Positions 35,284 through 49,908 are shown, counted from the whole stretch's first letter. The stretch is 63,957 nucleotides of DNA, filler included, from Reticulomyxa filosa (GCA_000512085.1; 14 parts of 14 records of this genome joined end to end with filler, not necessarily neighbours in it), one strand, 5' to 3'. Program-made: numbers and translations. Notes: a model not told the origin generated them from the letters alone.

Positions 35284-38200
35284 TTAAAAAATGTGTTCGG
35301 CATTTTTCATCAAGTCACAGAGAATGTGGATATCTCTGGTGGCATCTTTTAATGATTTTTGACTTGGTTTGGCCAATAGTTTTGTCTTTCTGTCTGGAGA
35401 AATCATAAAATACTTTTCCATTGCTTCACGGAATCTCTGTCTGTAATTACTTGGACTTATGATAGTTGGCGCTGCTTTTCCCACGGCCATGCCCACTGAC
35501 TTGACAGCCTCTTCGGCTACCTTGTCCCATGTGTATTGTTGCAGATAATCAATGATTCCTAATACTAACTCGTTTCTAGATTTATCAATACCGACTAACA
35601 AACTATAATCAACGACTTGCGACTTTGACAAGAACAACGTATCGTTGTGTATTGCCTTGTGCAGATACCGTTTGCTCGCGCCATTCAATGGGATTGGAAA
35701 TCCTTGGAAAGTTTCAATGAAATTTTCATCCAACATCACAGAGGCAGTTTCGTCAACGTAGCGTCCTCGTGTGGAGCCCTTCAAATCAAATGTGCAACTG
35801 ATTGTTTTGGAATACCATAGATTGGGCATGACAATTACGTATTGTGTATTAAGTTTGTTGGATTTTGTTTTTTTGTCTTTTTTGAAAGTGGACTTGGTCC
35901 AACTAATCTGATACACGCCCAATATATTGACCAGCAGAGAAGGATATGACAGAAACAGCACCGATGCCATATGCTCAAAATATCGTTCTGCATTGTCAAT
36001 GAACATTTTGAATTCCCTCGGACTCAAAAACTTGAGAACATATCGTTCATCCAACGTCTTTGCAAATGGAGACCCTGTTGTTTATATTGTTACATCCTTG
36101 TGTATTAAGATGGAGTCCAAATTTACTCTTTCCAAGTTCCAAGACTCCCTCCCCTCTCCTTTCCTTCCTCTTTTTCTTTCTGTCATCGCATTCAAATAAG
36201 AATAAATAAATGCACGAACGAAATAAAGCGTGCATACCCGACTTTCCACCCGAAGCATCCCACGCTTGGCATCGTGCCAAAGATTCAATGAAATTGCGTT
36301 CGGTTTGGTCTTCTTCATAAAACCTTGCACGAAGTGCGCGAAATTGTCTGGGATAATACACGGCGCAGCTGAAAGTAGTAACAATTTTGGAGTCGCTTTC
36401 GCCGACCGAGGTTTGATATACGGATTGGAATTTGAACTTCATCACCTCTTTCGTGTTATTTGTGCTATTAGTTTGATTGCTTTGAGAGGTCGCGTCGGGC
36501 ACGGGCGAGGGCATTGAGCCGTGCATAGCATCCGTTCTCAACTGGGAAAACGATACCAAGGAGGGAAGTAGCGAAGGCTGCACGGCCGAAAGAGATTGTC
36601 TATTCCCAAATTCTTCAAACGAAACCAGAGGATCAAGGCTTACCGGACTGGTTAGAGAATAACGCGAGTCTTTTAGTCTTTGCACGTACCCTTTACGATT
36701 TGTCAAGTAATCCAATTTACTCGTATTTGGTACCCTTATTATTTATACAAATTATATACGTATTACATATATAATTTATACATACGTATACATAGAGCAA
36801 AAAAAAAAAAAAAAAAAAACTTTTGCAAATGATATAACAAATCCTCTAAATCGAGTTCATCATCAGCACCCCATTCTTTGAACTTTTTATTTGCCTTTTT
36901 AGCTCCTTCTCCTTTATCGCTGAAAGCACTCAATGATCCTATGTCTCCCACGGCAACTTTTTCGCTAACGTCTTTCGGCTTTTGTCTGACTTCCAATTCT
37001 TTCTCTGCGGCATAACGGCGGGCTTTTCTCAATTGACAAACTTTGTTGTGCAACTCTTGGAAGGCGGGGACGTTCCTTTCCAAACACGACCGTATTTCCT
37101 CCGACTTGATGTTCATGAGACGACAATGGTATTCCAAAGACGACAACGTATACGCAATTAATGACGATGGCTCATTGCGATACACCGGCAAGGTTTTGCC
37201 ATCAAAGCACGTTTGCAAACCAAAATTGCCTCGATCGGGGTCGTTCAAAAAAGCACATTCTTTGGGCAGTCGACGCATATCCGGAATATTCTTAGCAAAG
37301 TTTTTTTCCCATTCTTGATTTTGCATTTCTGCTGTTTTCTCTTCCCTTTCTCTTTTGGAAACGTCGGAGAGTGGTTCTTTGTTCGTTTCTTCTTCATACT
37401 TCAATGTCAACATATCCGGGGGCTGTGGCGTCATATCCATGTTTTCTTCTTTTTCGCTCGAGGAGGAATACGACAACGACGGTTGGGTTTGGATAATAGA
37501 TTGATCCGAATCTCCTGGCAATGCTCCTCCGCTCTTGGTCGTCGTGGCAGTAATGTCCATCATCCCATTTTCTTTTTCGTCAAAGCCATACCTTTTCATA
37601 TTATTCAAACTGCTTCTTCGACTATTGGCGGTACTTCGAAGCGCGCCGGGAATGCTATTCATCGAAAGTATCTTGCTATCTTCTATTTTTATCATCTCAG
37701 CCACAACTCTTGGGTCCGCAAATAAGTTTTCAAAATTCACCATAAATTCCAATTCTTCCGGCAAATCGGCTTTCTCAATGTTCAACCTCAACGTGCTTTT
37801 GGATTTTTGACCGCCCGTGGCGAGAGGAAGCATTCCCACCGACGGAGCAGGAGATTCTGGAGGAGAGATAACTCCTGTTCCACTGGATGCATTGCTAATT
37901 TGAGGTTGGGCTTGAACTTGCAACTGTAGCCATTGATTGCCAATTTCACCATTCGCGGAATCATTATTACCGCCATTGACATTACCGCCGCCATTACTGC
38001 TGGTTATTTGAATATCTTCTTGGGTTTTGAGAGCATTGCCATTCTCGCCAACGGATTGGCATTCCGCAACTTGGGTAGTGTCCGTTCCGGCGCCATTGCT
38101 TGTTGCGTCAAGGTGAAGATTGATTTCACTGTTTGCCAACTTTTCCAAAGCTTCTTCTGCCTCAAGCAATGATGCAGATTTGGTAATAGCTTCAGGATCC

Positions 38201-41200
38201 AGTTTTTTACGCTCAGATGAACCTGCAATGAAACGTCTGAACACAAAGTCCAAAAGACAGATCTTTCACAAGTGATTGATCCTCGATTGCCAAAAAAATA
38301 TATCTCTCAAAACTTTAAGAATTGGCTTGTGTATGTGCTCTCTGGTTCGCTTGTCGGGACCAGCAATTTCTTCAAAGCATCCAATGTTTCGTTCCAGTCC
38401 TTTGATAATACAAACAATACCTTTCTCATTTCATTCAAAAATTCGACCGTGTTGGGTTGGTAGCCACAGGTCGCTGCCGCAAGTTCGCCCGGAGTTGGAC
38501 CGTCCAAGCTGATTGTCAGAAGAGACTCTTCCTTCACATTTGATACAGTCAAATTGTGCACTTTTACATCATAGCACACTTTGAACATTTGTCGATGCGA
38601 TGTAAATTGATTCATCATTTTCTTTTTTTTTTTTTTAAAAAAGAAACAGCATTTTTGTTGTGTCAATGGTTGGCACAGCACAAAAAAAAAAATAAAAAAA
38701 AATGCAAACTTCAAATTCATTATTAATCTCTTCCTTTAATTTTCTCAAGCATGCACCCAAAGGCACTTCCTTTCGAGGAACCAGTAACTCCCCAATTTTT
38801 GTATTCAAATCTTCTGTCTATGTATTTTTTTTGTTTAAGCAAAGAAAGGATTGAAACTATCCATTAAAAGCTAAAAAAAAAAAAAACTTTTGTTTTGAAT
38901 GCAACAAATGTTCCTTTAGCAATAATTTCCATAAGATTTAATTCTGTCAGGTAATAATCAAATTGGTTTTTCCAATTCACACGAAAATGTCGACATGTGA
39001 AAGTCTGAATGCATATATGAGCTCATTGCCGTGGATGCAGTATGTATAAAAAGATAAAGACAGCCATTGAACTGTTAAAGGCGCAATGTTTTCATATCCA
39101 ATTTCCACAATCATATTTGCGAACGCGAAACAGCGAACGTGATGTTCATGGACATTGTGATTGCACGATCCAACACGAGGCACAATAGGATGTCTGTAGA
39201 AGGTCATTTCCAAATATCTCCCAAAAGATATATCATAGGTACGACTGGTCATTGGCACTGTCGGAGTGACCATCTTGCTGCAGTGTTTGCACCGAGACCA
39301 CATTAAGATTCGACTTCCATTCATATCTCTGTCGTCCTTCCGTACATTCACAACTACACGACCGTCGTGATGTGAATAAGTCAATGTGTGATCTGTCAAA
39401 TGTTCTCGACATCTTTGTTTGCCATTTTTTATTACAGCAACAAACAACAACAATAAATACTTATTATTATAATCCAATGGAGAAAGTTGCTATTCTCAAG
39501 TGTGCAAAAAAAAAAAAAAAAAAAACATGTTATACGTATATACGTATAATACCTTTCGTTTGGACAATCTTCACAACGGAACAATTGGTGCAAAAATGCG
39601 CCCAATGATAGGTCTAGATCAGTATAAAAATCAATACGTTTAATTCTGGGCGGAAAGCATTGCTGCGCTTTGGCGACACGACAATGATTGACAACGAGGG
39701 TTTGACAAATAGACAAATTGTCGGTGTTCGGTAGAAAGGGGTCCCAATGTCCAACCATGTTGAGGTCGGAGCCAAGGCCATTGTGATCAAACGGATACTT
39801 TTGCAAGTGAGGATGTCTTTGGACAAAGAGGCTTAATTTGAATTTATTGCTCCTCGCAGCTGCCACATCTCTTCGCCAGCCGACGTGGGATTGATAAGGA
39901 GTTGTGGATAAAAACAGCATTTTGTCATTTTCCTGTTGGACCTTTTCATACAACTCAAATCCATTTGCGGTCATCGTGCAAAGTTGGTCATTCAACAATG
40001 AAATTTCCAATTCGCTGGAGTACACCGTATGTGTGGCTAGTCGCATCACCTGCTTTACATCTTTTAACTTTTCTCTTTTTTTTTTTTTTTTTTTAATGTG
40101 ATAACACGACGCAACATAAATAATATTATACGTATTTATGTGTGGTTGTAACTTGGTTCCTCCGCGCAGCACAATAGTAGCATGAGCATCACTGCTACAC
40201 CCATTAAAAAACACCAACGGAGTGCGACGACCCTTGGAGCCGCTGTGTTCAAAGGTTGGAATATTGTATGTATAATAGCAAGATACATAAACAAGTATGG
40301 TCGTTTGCAAAAGTATAGGATTATGTCGAAGCAAAAAAAAAGGTCAATTATTATTTTGAGAAGAAAAAAAAAAAAAAAAAAAAAAAGTAATCAAAACATG
40401 GGGGTCTTCCAGAAAGTATTTGACTAAAAATCTGCACACGTCCCCCAAAACAAGTTTGGGATTCAAATGGTTGATATGGTCGACGGAAGTGATGACCGGA
40501 GCTCCGATGCAACGCGCCAGTCTTTGCATCAGCGACGCGCTCAAATTGCAAATCAGCGTGATATTGGTTTTGGCCATGTAGTTTTGCGCCAGTCTTGCCA
40601 CCGAGTTGCTGACGACGACAATGTCAGGTCCCAAGTCCTTGATTTTGTCGACGAGCATTTTCATGTACTCGGGCTCTTGTTTCAGCAATATGTCGAAGCT
40701 CGTCAGTTTGCTGGACATTCGATGGTATTCAATCGGGCAATCCAACAGCAAGATTTTGGGCTGGCTGATGCTTGTGCGCATTTTTCGATGCGCAACATTT
40801 TTTCGGAACGCCAATCCATTTATCACTTGGCAATCCTCGATACTTCCACCTTGGCAATCAATACATAAATATATATATATATATATATATATATTTATGT
40901 ATTGATTGATTATTGCAGACTCCTTAAAAACAAAACAAAACAAAACACACGTATACATACAAGGGTAGACCCTTACCAGACAATCGCTTGACCTTGACGT
41001 AGTGTCTGATATCGCTAATCTCCATGTTCAAGGGGTCTACTTGTTTCACCAACGTGTTGACTTTGGTAGCAAAGTTGGCGATCGTCTCGGTCCATTTCAA
41101 ATCAACACTGTGAAATATGCACAGGTGTTGAACGACGTACAAAATATGCTGTTGATACAATTTCCTCACGCTATCTTTGCCGGCATTGGTATAGCTGATA

Positions 41201-41582
41201 TCACCGGCCCCGAGTAGATTGGCGACCATGGAGGACGTCGTCTCGATTGCATTCACTCCGTTCCTTGTCGACTCCATTGCAAGCATCGAGTTGTCCACAT
41301 TCATGTCCGTCTTGCTAGTGCTCAAAGGATCGAGCGACTTCGAAAGTCGATGCAACGTCATGCTGTCGTCCGCGCCTTTGGGCGGATGAGAGTAATACAC
41401 TCCAATTCCGAACAATGTCACATCCGGTTTCAATTTCGAACATAAATCACAAACCCTAATTAATCCCTGTTTTGTTTGTTTGTTTGTTTGTTTGTTTGTA
41501 TGTTTGTTTGCAACTTTTGCTTTTTGGAATTGTTCACACCTCCATGTTAAAGGGTTCTCCAGGCACACGAATCGAGCAACAG
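35284..41582 (-). CDS. PIKFYVE: 1-phosphatidylinositol-3-phosphate 5-kinase (PIKfyve/Fab1), 5' truncated inside the FYVE domain
   Basis: FYVE tail (..LIRVCDLC), TCP1-like domain (GLAFRKNVAHRKMRTSISQPKILLL), CCR domain (ILMWSRCKHC..ISFGRYLE) and PIP kinase motifs (SGGKSG, FDLKGS, DYSLLVG, IIDYL), in the canonical order. Confidence 0.95.
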
Positions 41583-41604
41583 CTGTTGGAAGTCAATTTT
41601 TGAT

Positions 41605-41646
<42 letters not shown>

Positions 41647-41746
41647 NNNNNNNNNNNNNNNNNNNNNNNNNNNNNNNNNNNNNNNNNNNNTTAATTAATT
41701 AANNNNNNNNNNNNNNNNNNNNNNNNNNNNNNNNNNNNNNNNNNNN

Positions 41747-44700
41747 TATACATATATATGTATATAATATATGTATATAATGTTTGTGCGTTGAATAACC
41801 TTGTGCGTGATGATTATTTGTAGCATGCACACTGAAGATAACGAAAAGATTCAATAGTGGCCATCCCATCCAATCTTTGTATATTTGCTGGCGGTTATCT
41901 GCAAATATGACCGATTGCATGGCAATGTGTGGTGCGGTTATGAACATGTACGTATCCATAGAGTGGCTCAGAGAGACGTTTTGGAGCCACACAGAAAGGT
42001 TAAAAGACAGAGCGTGGATATCGAATAGCGTACTGTTTGAAACATTGGTAAAATAGCAATTGACCAATGATACATTGATCGGCCAGTTATGGAATAGTCG
42101 CTGTTGTTGTTGTTTGGTATTGTCACCTGTTACACACAGAGCGCAGCTGTGATTGCGATCGGAATTGTGATAATGCCGTACTGAAATATTGTTGATAAGG
42201 ATTTGCACGGGCGCATTATATAGTGCATTCACATGAAATAGCTCTCCATTCCATCCGTTAACTATCACATCCGATACGATTACCGGGGAATTGCTATGAA
42301 AATCGAAATGAAACAGATCCATTGAGACATTGCCGACATTGTGATTATTAACAATAACGTCTCGGATATCAACTCCAATATCGGGCGTATTCTCGAAGAC
42401 ATTGGCAAAGAGTGTCATTTCAAAAAGTGACTCACCCTCTAAAGTTTTGTCGAACGAATTGTTAACCAACGAAATGGAGTGAATAAAAAAAGAGCCTGTT
42501 TCAATCCGAACAAGTGGGTTGCTTGACTCAATCAACTCGACATTAGAAAATGTAAACATCGACGTGTTTGCACAGGCTATTAAATTGGAATTCACACACT
42601 CTATCTTTTCAAACGTCACATCGACCACTTCAACCGACCCCATCACTGGCATCGCTGCAAAAGTGGCCAAATTGTCACGCTCGTCGCCAGTGCTATTGCG
42701 AATTGCATCAAAAGCAACGAGCGGCTGTTGATACTGCCATATTTGAATAAACGCCACTGAGTATATGTTTAATTGACGACAGCCATGGCAAATTACACTG
42801 CAATTCGTGCTTTGTTCAAACAAGCTGTCAACCACCCATAGTCGAGCCTGTGTCGATGCGACGTATACCGTAGAGTCATACACACTCCGAAACGTACAAT
42901 TCTCAATTGTTACATCAAAGCCTGTCTGCATTTCCATGGCATTTTCATTTGAGTTCGACTTTTCCATTATCCTTATGCTATTGCCTTTGTACATATATGG
43001 GTGTATGCATATATACATATATAAATATATGCATGTACATGTATATTTAGTTGTCAAACCGTGTATTCTGTCGAATAAGATATCTTGAAGGATTACGTAT
43101 TGAAACGAAGAGCCTTGGATAAGAGAGATGTCGAGCACGTGTTTGAAGAGGGATTGAAAGATGGAGTGGGAAACATAGAAATTTAGAGGCGGTGCGTGTG
43201 CCATGGCAATGGCAAATAGAGTGGAGTGAGGAAGAGTGGAGGAAGGGGGAGATGTGATATCAATGAACGTGGAGTTGTCAACGACGAATAGAGCCACATG
43301 GAACAGTTCAAACGTGGCATCAAAAGCAGAGAGGTCACCTTCTTCGTGTAAATCATAATTGGCAACAAATTCAATCAAAGCATTGCGGAGTATGAAGACT
43401 CGCACATTGGCTCCATACATGACATGTCCGACGTGTTTGTGCACACTCCAATTTTGCAGCCACACTTGGCATGCCTGAGATACATAAAAAAGGGTATGAT
43501 TTCGAGGATTGGCCTGGCCATCCTCTGGGGCAGTTACAATCATTTGTGTCAAGGTAATATTGACAACAGGAGAAACAGCGGAAGAAGAAGAAGGAGAAAA
43601 AGTAGAGCCATCATTTAAAAAGCGAAAAAGACTCTGTCCTTTTCCAGTGATGGAAAAAGAGCATTCAGACATAGTGATTTGGACAAGACCATCTCCAGCA
43701 CTCCAAAGTGTCCAAAACAGATGACGAGTTTGAATATGCCAATCAATGCCAAGCATGGAGAAGGATACGTGTTGCAAATGGGTTTGGATAAATGTGTCAA
43801 TGTGATAATCGATACAAACACGGAGGGCATCAGGACGACAAATGGAGGGAGGACAAAACTGAGCCATTTGCATGTAGGAAGGAGCTGTGTAAATGACTTG
43901 CCCAGGCAAACGTGACTGAGGACCATTGGCCATTGCCGAAATGTTGGTATACGTATCATTGGGATTCCATTGTCCACACGTCTGATCATTCGAATTGTTT
44001 TTTGTAGACATTGTCACAATCACAAATTGGCAAATGTGGTAATACGTCGTTGCTGGCTCCATACTTTGGATGTGATTGATACATGCCTCCAATGCACCAT
44101 TGGAAAACCATTGGCCACACATGATCTTGTCCAAGGCTTCAACAGAGGTAATACTTATATTCAATATTGTCTCGTTGTTGTCGTAAACAATACTACTAAA
44201 TGGCCTACAATTGTTCTTTCGATCCACGTCGTTGACAGTTTGGGGTGGAATAAGAGGAAAAGATGAAGATGGGGATGGGGATGGAAATGACATATCAATG
44301 AAAAAGGTTGTAATCATGGTTAGCAATTGTTGATATTGGATTTGAATGCACCACTGATACAAATGCAACTCTTCCAATGCTTGCGTTGAGCTGATCGATA
44401 GTCGATAGCGACCGGACACTGGAGCATTCACCAACAATGACAATGGCTCCAATGAAGTATACGTCAATTGCTTGCTTTCTGACACATTTTGCAAATATAT
44501 CCTTGTCTTTGCATTTTCTTCAAAGGCAAGACCATAATCTTTGTCCCACTTATCACTATACTGTTGTGCCAATACCACTGTTTTGCTTCCTTTCTCCAAA
44601 CTTATTGTTTTCACTCCATTGCCACTGTTTTTCAAATATACATACACCATCAAACTCATTATTCGCTTGTCATTCGTATATTGTTCCACTACTATTTCTT

Positions 44701-45356
44701 CCATTACTTGTCCTAATCCACTCGTTTCTTGTGAACAATACATGTCTTGCACTTTTCATACATTCCAATATTTTTTTTTTTTTTCATTTTATCATAGCAT
44801 AAATCAATCAATCAATTAATTAAATATTTATTTATTTATTTGTTTATGTGCACTCCATTTTGGAAGAATTTTTTTTTAAAAAAAAAAAAGTAGCTCTAAA
44901 CTTTTACATTTGTCTTGCACCCAAACTCGTGTGTTTCGTCGATTGCAACATATACCTGTATTCAGCTCGGATATATTGCAAATGTGACCGTTGTATTGTT
45001 CACACCAGCTCTGACTTGAGTAGAATGGCCTCTTGGCTGTGTTGCTGTTGATTTCGTTTAAATGTTCCTGTTTCTCATTGCTGCAACAACACACCTCGAG
45101 CTTTGGATCATCGTTCATACATTTTCCTGGATAACTCGTGCTTTCAGATGGACATGAGTCAAATGACATGTGTTGTCCTTTATTTTTTTTATTTTTTTTC
45201 TTATTTTTTATTACTCATTGTCAAAACCTTCACCCACTTCTTTTTTTTTCCCTCACCGATTGTTGAAAACATTTCATTTGTGCACCATCCAGTCAAATCT
45301 TTCCACGATAATACAATAAATATCCAAGATAATACATACAATGGATTTTGAGTCAT
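41747..45356 (-). CDS. Large secreted/surface protein: signal peptide, Cys-rich segment, proprotein-convertase P-domain-like module and beta-helix-like repeats; 3' truncated
   Basis: First exon MTQNPLYVLSWIFIVLSWKDLTGWC (ATG 45356), Cys-rich exon 44876-45169, then a ~1000-aa ORF with repeated I.NC.F.N/V.DS.F motifs. Confidence 0.72.
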
Positions 45357-45987
45357 CTGATATTGCCAAAATGAACTTTGGAATTTCCAAAGTTTTACCG
45401 AAACAGTGTTTTTTTCTAAATTAGTAAAACAGCGAAATACTTGAAAAAAATGAGGATGTGCAATCTTATTCTTTCCAAACTACTTAAATTAATTCTTAAA
45501 AAAAATAAACAAATAAGCTTAAAAGCGCTTTCATCTTAAATTTCCTTTGGCTTTGTTAATTTACGTCCATGAAACAAACTAAAATTTTTTGTTAGTTATG
45601 TTGCCTTTTACATTTCAAGTAAAAGTTGAATATTCAAAAATTTGAAATTACACATAAATGAGGTTTTATCTACTACAAAAAAATTGCAGGAAATTATTTT
45701 ATATTTATGATGACATTTGTGATAATCCATTTAATTGAGCAGTTGGTTATGAAATTAAATAAAAACAAATTTTATGATCTCAACTTGTTGATTTCAATTT
45801 GAAATATGATGAAGATTAGCACTTTGGTTGTGTATAATTTTGTTCAAAGTGAGCACTTCTATGCGCAAAATTCTGTAGTTTTACTAAAAAGTGTTTGTGC
45901 TGTGTTATAGTCTTACGAAAAGAAGGTAAAGGGGTTGATCGTTCGAAAAGACCATTTTTAAATAGCGTTCAAAAAGGCAGTGTTATA

Positions 45988-47162
45988 ATGTCTCTCCGAA
46001 GAAACAACAAGGTTTGAGCGTTTTTGAGAGAAATCGAATCTAAAAAAAAAAAACGAAAGTCTTAAAAACTAAAAACTGAAAACAATTAAAAAAATAGATT
46101 CGTGTCAAGTGCCAAGTAAGAAATCTTATTGCAACTCTATTGTAAACATGAACAAAAATAAAAATAAAAATAAAAAATAAAAAAATGAATGGGTGCAATG
46201 GCAAATAGTTTGAGTTGACACTACATGGGATAAGTGTGCCGTCGAGTATTGCAGGTAAGTTGCCAATAGGCAGTGAGTTTAATATAGTTTGGAAACGGGG
46301 ACAAGATAAGCCAATTGAATCGAAGCGAAGTGCCGTCCTTTCGAAAAGAGAGACGAAAGACAAAGAAGAAGGAAGAGAAGAGCAAGTGAAATTGGTATGG
46401 GATGGTGAGCCGGAGGTGTTACAAATGCAATGTGTACTGATCAAACAAAAGCAAAGTGAAGAATATATGAGTAAGCAAAGTCGTTTGCTATTGAAACAAG
46501 TTTGCAATGACAAACCTACCCAGCCTACCGTCGGAATGGCCAAATTGGATTTGAGAGATTACGTGTCATCCCAACAAGTCTCACAAACCATTGATATTCA
46601 TTTCGCCAAATGGATTTTTTTTTTTTTTTTTTAAAAAGGGGGAGGAGTGAACGAAAACACGTTTTTTTTTTTTTTTTTTGCTTGCAACAATCCCACTATG
46701 CAAATAGCAATATCGCTAATATATACCTAAATGCAACAATGTCCGTCACGTTCCTGGACGATGAGTTAACCAAACATTACTGCGCTATATAACAGCCTAT
46801 TCTAACTTGCTTGTTTGATAAAAGAAACAATAATACTAATAAATATACATATATATATACATATATGTATATATAATGTAATATAAAGAAGAAGCGATGA
46901 AGAAGAAAGTGTAAGTGGACTGTCGACGCATACAATTGACGTGGAACAATTGAACTTGAATGGCGATGAGTTGGTAACGCCACCATTGCCTGACGAGGAG
47001 CAAGGTGCCACTGATGACATGTATCATCTCATTCAAAAGCGTAACAGTGTTAATGTCGATGAGCTCCTTCGCGACCGTTTTGTCTTTTTTTTTTTTTTTT
47101 GAGAAAAAGGAGGGCATTGTTTCAAAAAGAGATCGTTCAACAACGCTGTTTAATTATTTTTT

Positions 47163-47194
<32 letters not shown>

Positions 47195-47561
47195 GATAAG
47201 GAAGATGACCCGACAAATCGGGAAAAGAAACCAAGCGTTGGCAATTATTGCAATGGGCTGGACGAATCGCACTTGGTTAATTCCATTTTATTTTTTTATT
47301 TTATTTTATTTTTTTTTTTGATAAATATGTGTGCATGTGCGAGTGGAATGGGGGAACAACATAAAGCAATGATCACACTAACAGTACTGGCAGCACGAGC
47401 AAAGGGAAGCCAAGTGGAGGAAGCAAGAGCGAGAAAACGAGGATTTGAAAATCCAACTTGAAGAAATGAGTGGCAAATATGATACGCGTAAGTTTTTTTT
47501 ATTCCGACCACCTTTAAAAAAAAAAAAAAAAATTGGAGTTTGTAGATTTTGCTACAATGAT

Positions 47562-47592
<31 letters not shown>

Positions 47593-48450
47593 TAAAAAAG
47601 TGTGGTCAAAGTACAAAGAATTGGAACGTGAGAAGCAAGCGCAGCAATTGGCATTTGAAAAGGAGAGAAATATGGTGATGACAGAAGTATCGGAAACAAA
47701 AGACCAACTAAATAATAGCTTGGCCGAAATAAAACAACTAAAGATGGAAAACTCGCAAATGAAAGAGACAATTAATCGAAATGCAGACAGATATAATGAT
47801 CTGGTCAATATGTTAACTGCCGTTAAGTAATATATATACATATATGTATATGTAAATATAAATGTGCCCCCCCCCGAAAAGATAACGATTCTAATGTAAC
47901 AATAAAACGACAGAGCAAAAATGAATTGCAACAAAAGATTGCGGAATTGTGTCGTCAGAATGAAGACTTGGAAATGACATTGGTGATGATCCGCAACTCG
48001 TGGAACCAAACTGTGAATGTGATCGAAAGTGAGGCCAGTAAAAATACCAACAAAATAGAACGGTTAGCCAATGAGGCTAAAAGTTGCCAGTTGCAATATG
48101 AAACGTTGACTAGCGAGCTTGAAACGAAGGAAAAAATGATCGAAAACTTACAGCAGCGACAATTGCAAATGGATATGCAAGTCAGCAATTTGGAGCTCAA
48201 GTGCGCCGCACAAAGTGTGGAAAATGCCCATGTCAAAACGCAGTTCAATTTCATGCAGTCGAAATTAGCTAGCGTACGCCAATGGATACTCCAATTGCTG
48301 CAACAAGGAATCATCCGAATTGACACACAACGCTTTCCTATCACTGAAGATAACATCTTTGACATTGTGGTCCAACATTCCGTCGCCAATACTCTTTCTT
48401 TCAAATCCGGGCCTCATTACAAAGATAATCGCCTCACTCTTGACCCATAA
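45988..48450 (+). CDS. NT-C2 (EEIG1/EHBP1-type) domain + coiled-coil protein
   Basis: FELTLHGI...NIVWKRG...LVWDGE...QCVL...EYMSKQSRLLLKQV...VGMAKLDLRDYV is an NT-C2 pattern. First exon MSLRRNNK (intron 46012-46208); coiled-coil exons 47600-48450. Confidence 0.8.
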
Positions 48451-49761
48451 TCCATCATCTCTGCTTCTTCTTTGCTTCTTCCTTCTACCAAATATTTTTT
48501 GTTTAGCTATTTTGAGAACAAATTCTTCATATTTGTCAATTTTTTTTTTTTTTTGCTGCTTCTTTATTTTTAACTTTGTTTGGTTTTGTACTGTTTATTT
48601 TTGGTCTATTTTTATCTTTTTTTTTTCTTCCCTTGGGATCGTTGGTGATTGGTTTTGAGTACTTTTTTGCTCCTTTGCCTTTTCGTTGGGGAATTAATTC
48701 GCAATCCAATTGAAGAAAAAAATACTGTACGAGTTTACTTAGAAATAAAACAAAAAGACCACTTCTGGCTTTAACTTATCACTTGGCTGTTCACAACCAT
48801 TTATTTATTTACATCCGCATTAAGACAAACTTTATTCAGCATGGAGCGTTTTTTCCTAAAAAATTTTTTTTACATTTTCTCTGGAATATTATGCTTATTT
48901 TTTTTGTTATTCAATGCCCAAAAGCACACAATATTGGTATTATACTTCCTCATTGTTGATATTGCTTCCTACAAGATCAAAGTACTTAAGTTCTTTTGTC
49001 ACAGTTTGTAAGAAGAATTACCAGCTATTTATATATCAGTGAAAACGAATGATACATCATGAAGCTTACCGATTTTCCATGTAAAAAAATCAACATTTTT
49101 AAATATCTACAAATCTTCAGGNNNNNNNNNNNNNNNNNNNNNNNNNNNNNNNNNNNNNNNNNNNNTTAATTAATTAANNNNNNNNNNNNNNNNNNNNNNN
49201 NNNNNNNNNNNNNNNNNNNNNATGAATAATATTATTATGTATATTATTATGATCAAAAACATATATATAATATAGCTTATTCTTTGATTACGCTGATGTA
49301 TTGTTTTACGACAACTCAAAACAAATTTAATATTATTTCTAGATTGCAAATGAAGTGTAATGACTGTGATGTAACTAAAAGTCTAAAGATATCTTGATAT
49401 TTATTTATTAGTTGAGTAAGCTAGAATTAAGTCAAATCAACAACAATATTAACTTTGATTATTGAAAAAGTCTTATTAATACTTGTCCAGACATAATTAA
49501 CAAGTTTTTGTTCATCTATCTTTGTATAATTTATAAGACTATGTTTGATATGAAGCTATGTTAGCAATGATAATAATGTTTGCAAAAAGATACAATTCTG
49601 ACTTTATAAAGTTATAGTAGCATATTATGTATTGTACTCTATATCAAAAATGCTCAATTAGACTAATTGCTATCACATAAAAGTTATTAAACGCAATCTT
49701 GAAAGCTTTGCAATGCATACACAATCTGATGAAGATAATCATCAACAAATTATATTATTTA

Positions 49762-49908
49762 TCAACTATTATATTTCTTTTGAAATGACAATTCGAGGAT
49801 CCCTTCATTGTCTGGAATCTTTGCTTTGACGTTTTGAATCGTGTCATTGAGTTCAATATCCAACGTGATTGTCTTCCAAGTTAATGTCTTCACGAAGCTG
49901 TATCGCAT
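49762..49908 (-). pseudogene. Truncated, degenerate ubiquitin fragment
   Basis: Translates as [48 protein letters not shown]. It matches ubiquitin residues ~4-36 with G10W; the C-terminal half and LRGG are missing. Confidence 0.85.

Noticed and set aside
46186-46208. ATG...TAG in frame with the NT-C2 domain, suggesting stop-codon readthrough or an alternative code
   Set aside because: The TAG is the acceptor of intron 46012-46208; long exons elsewhere are stop-free in the standard code.
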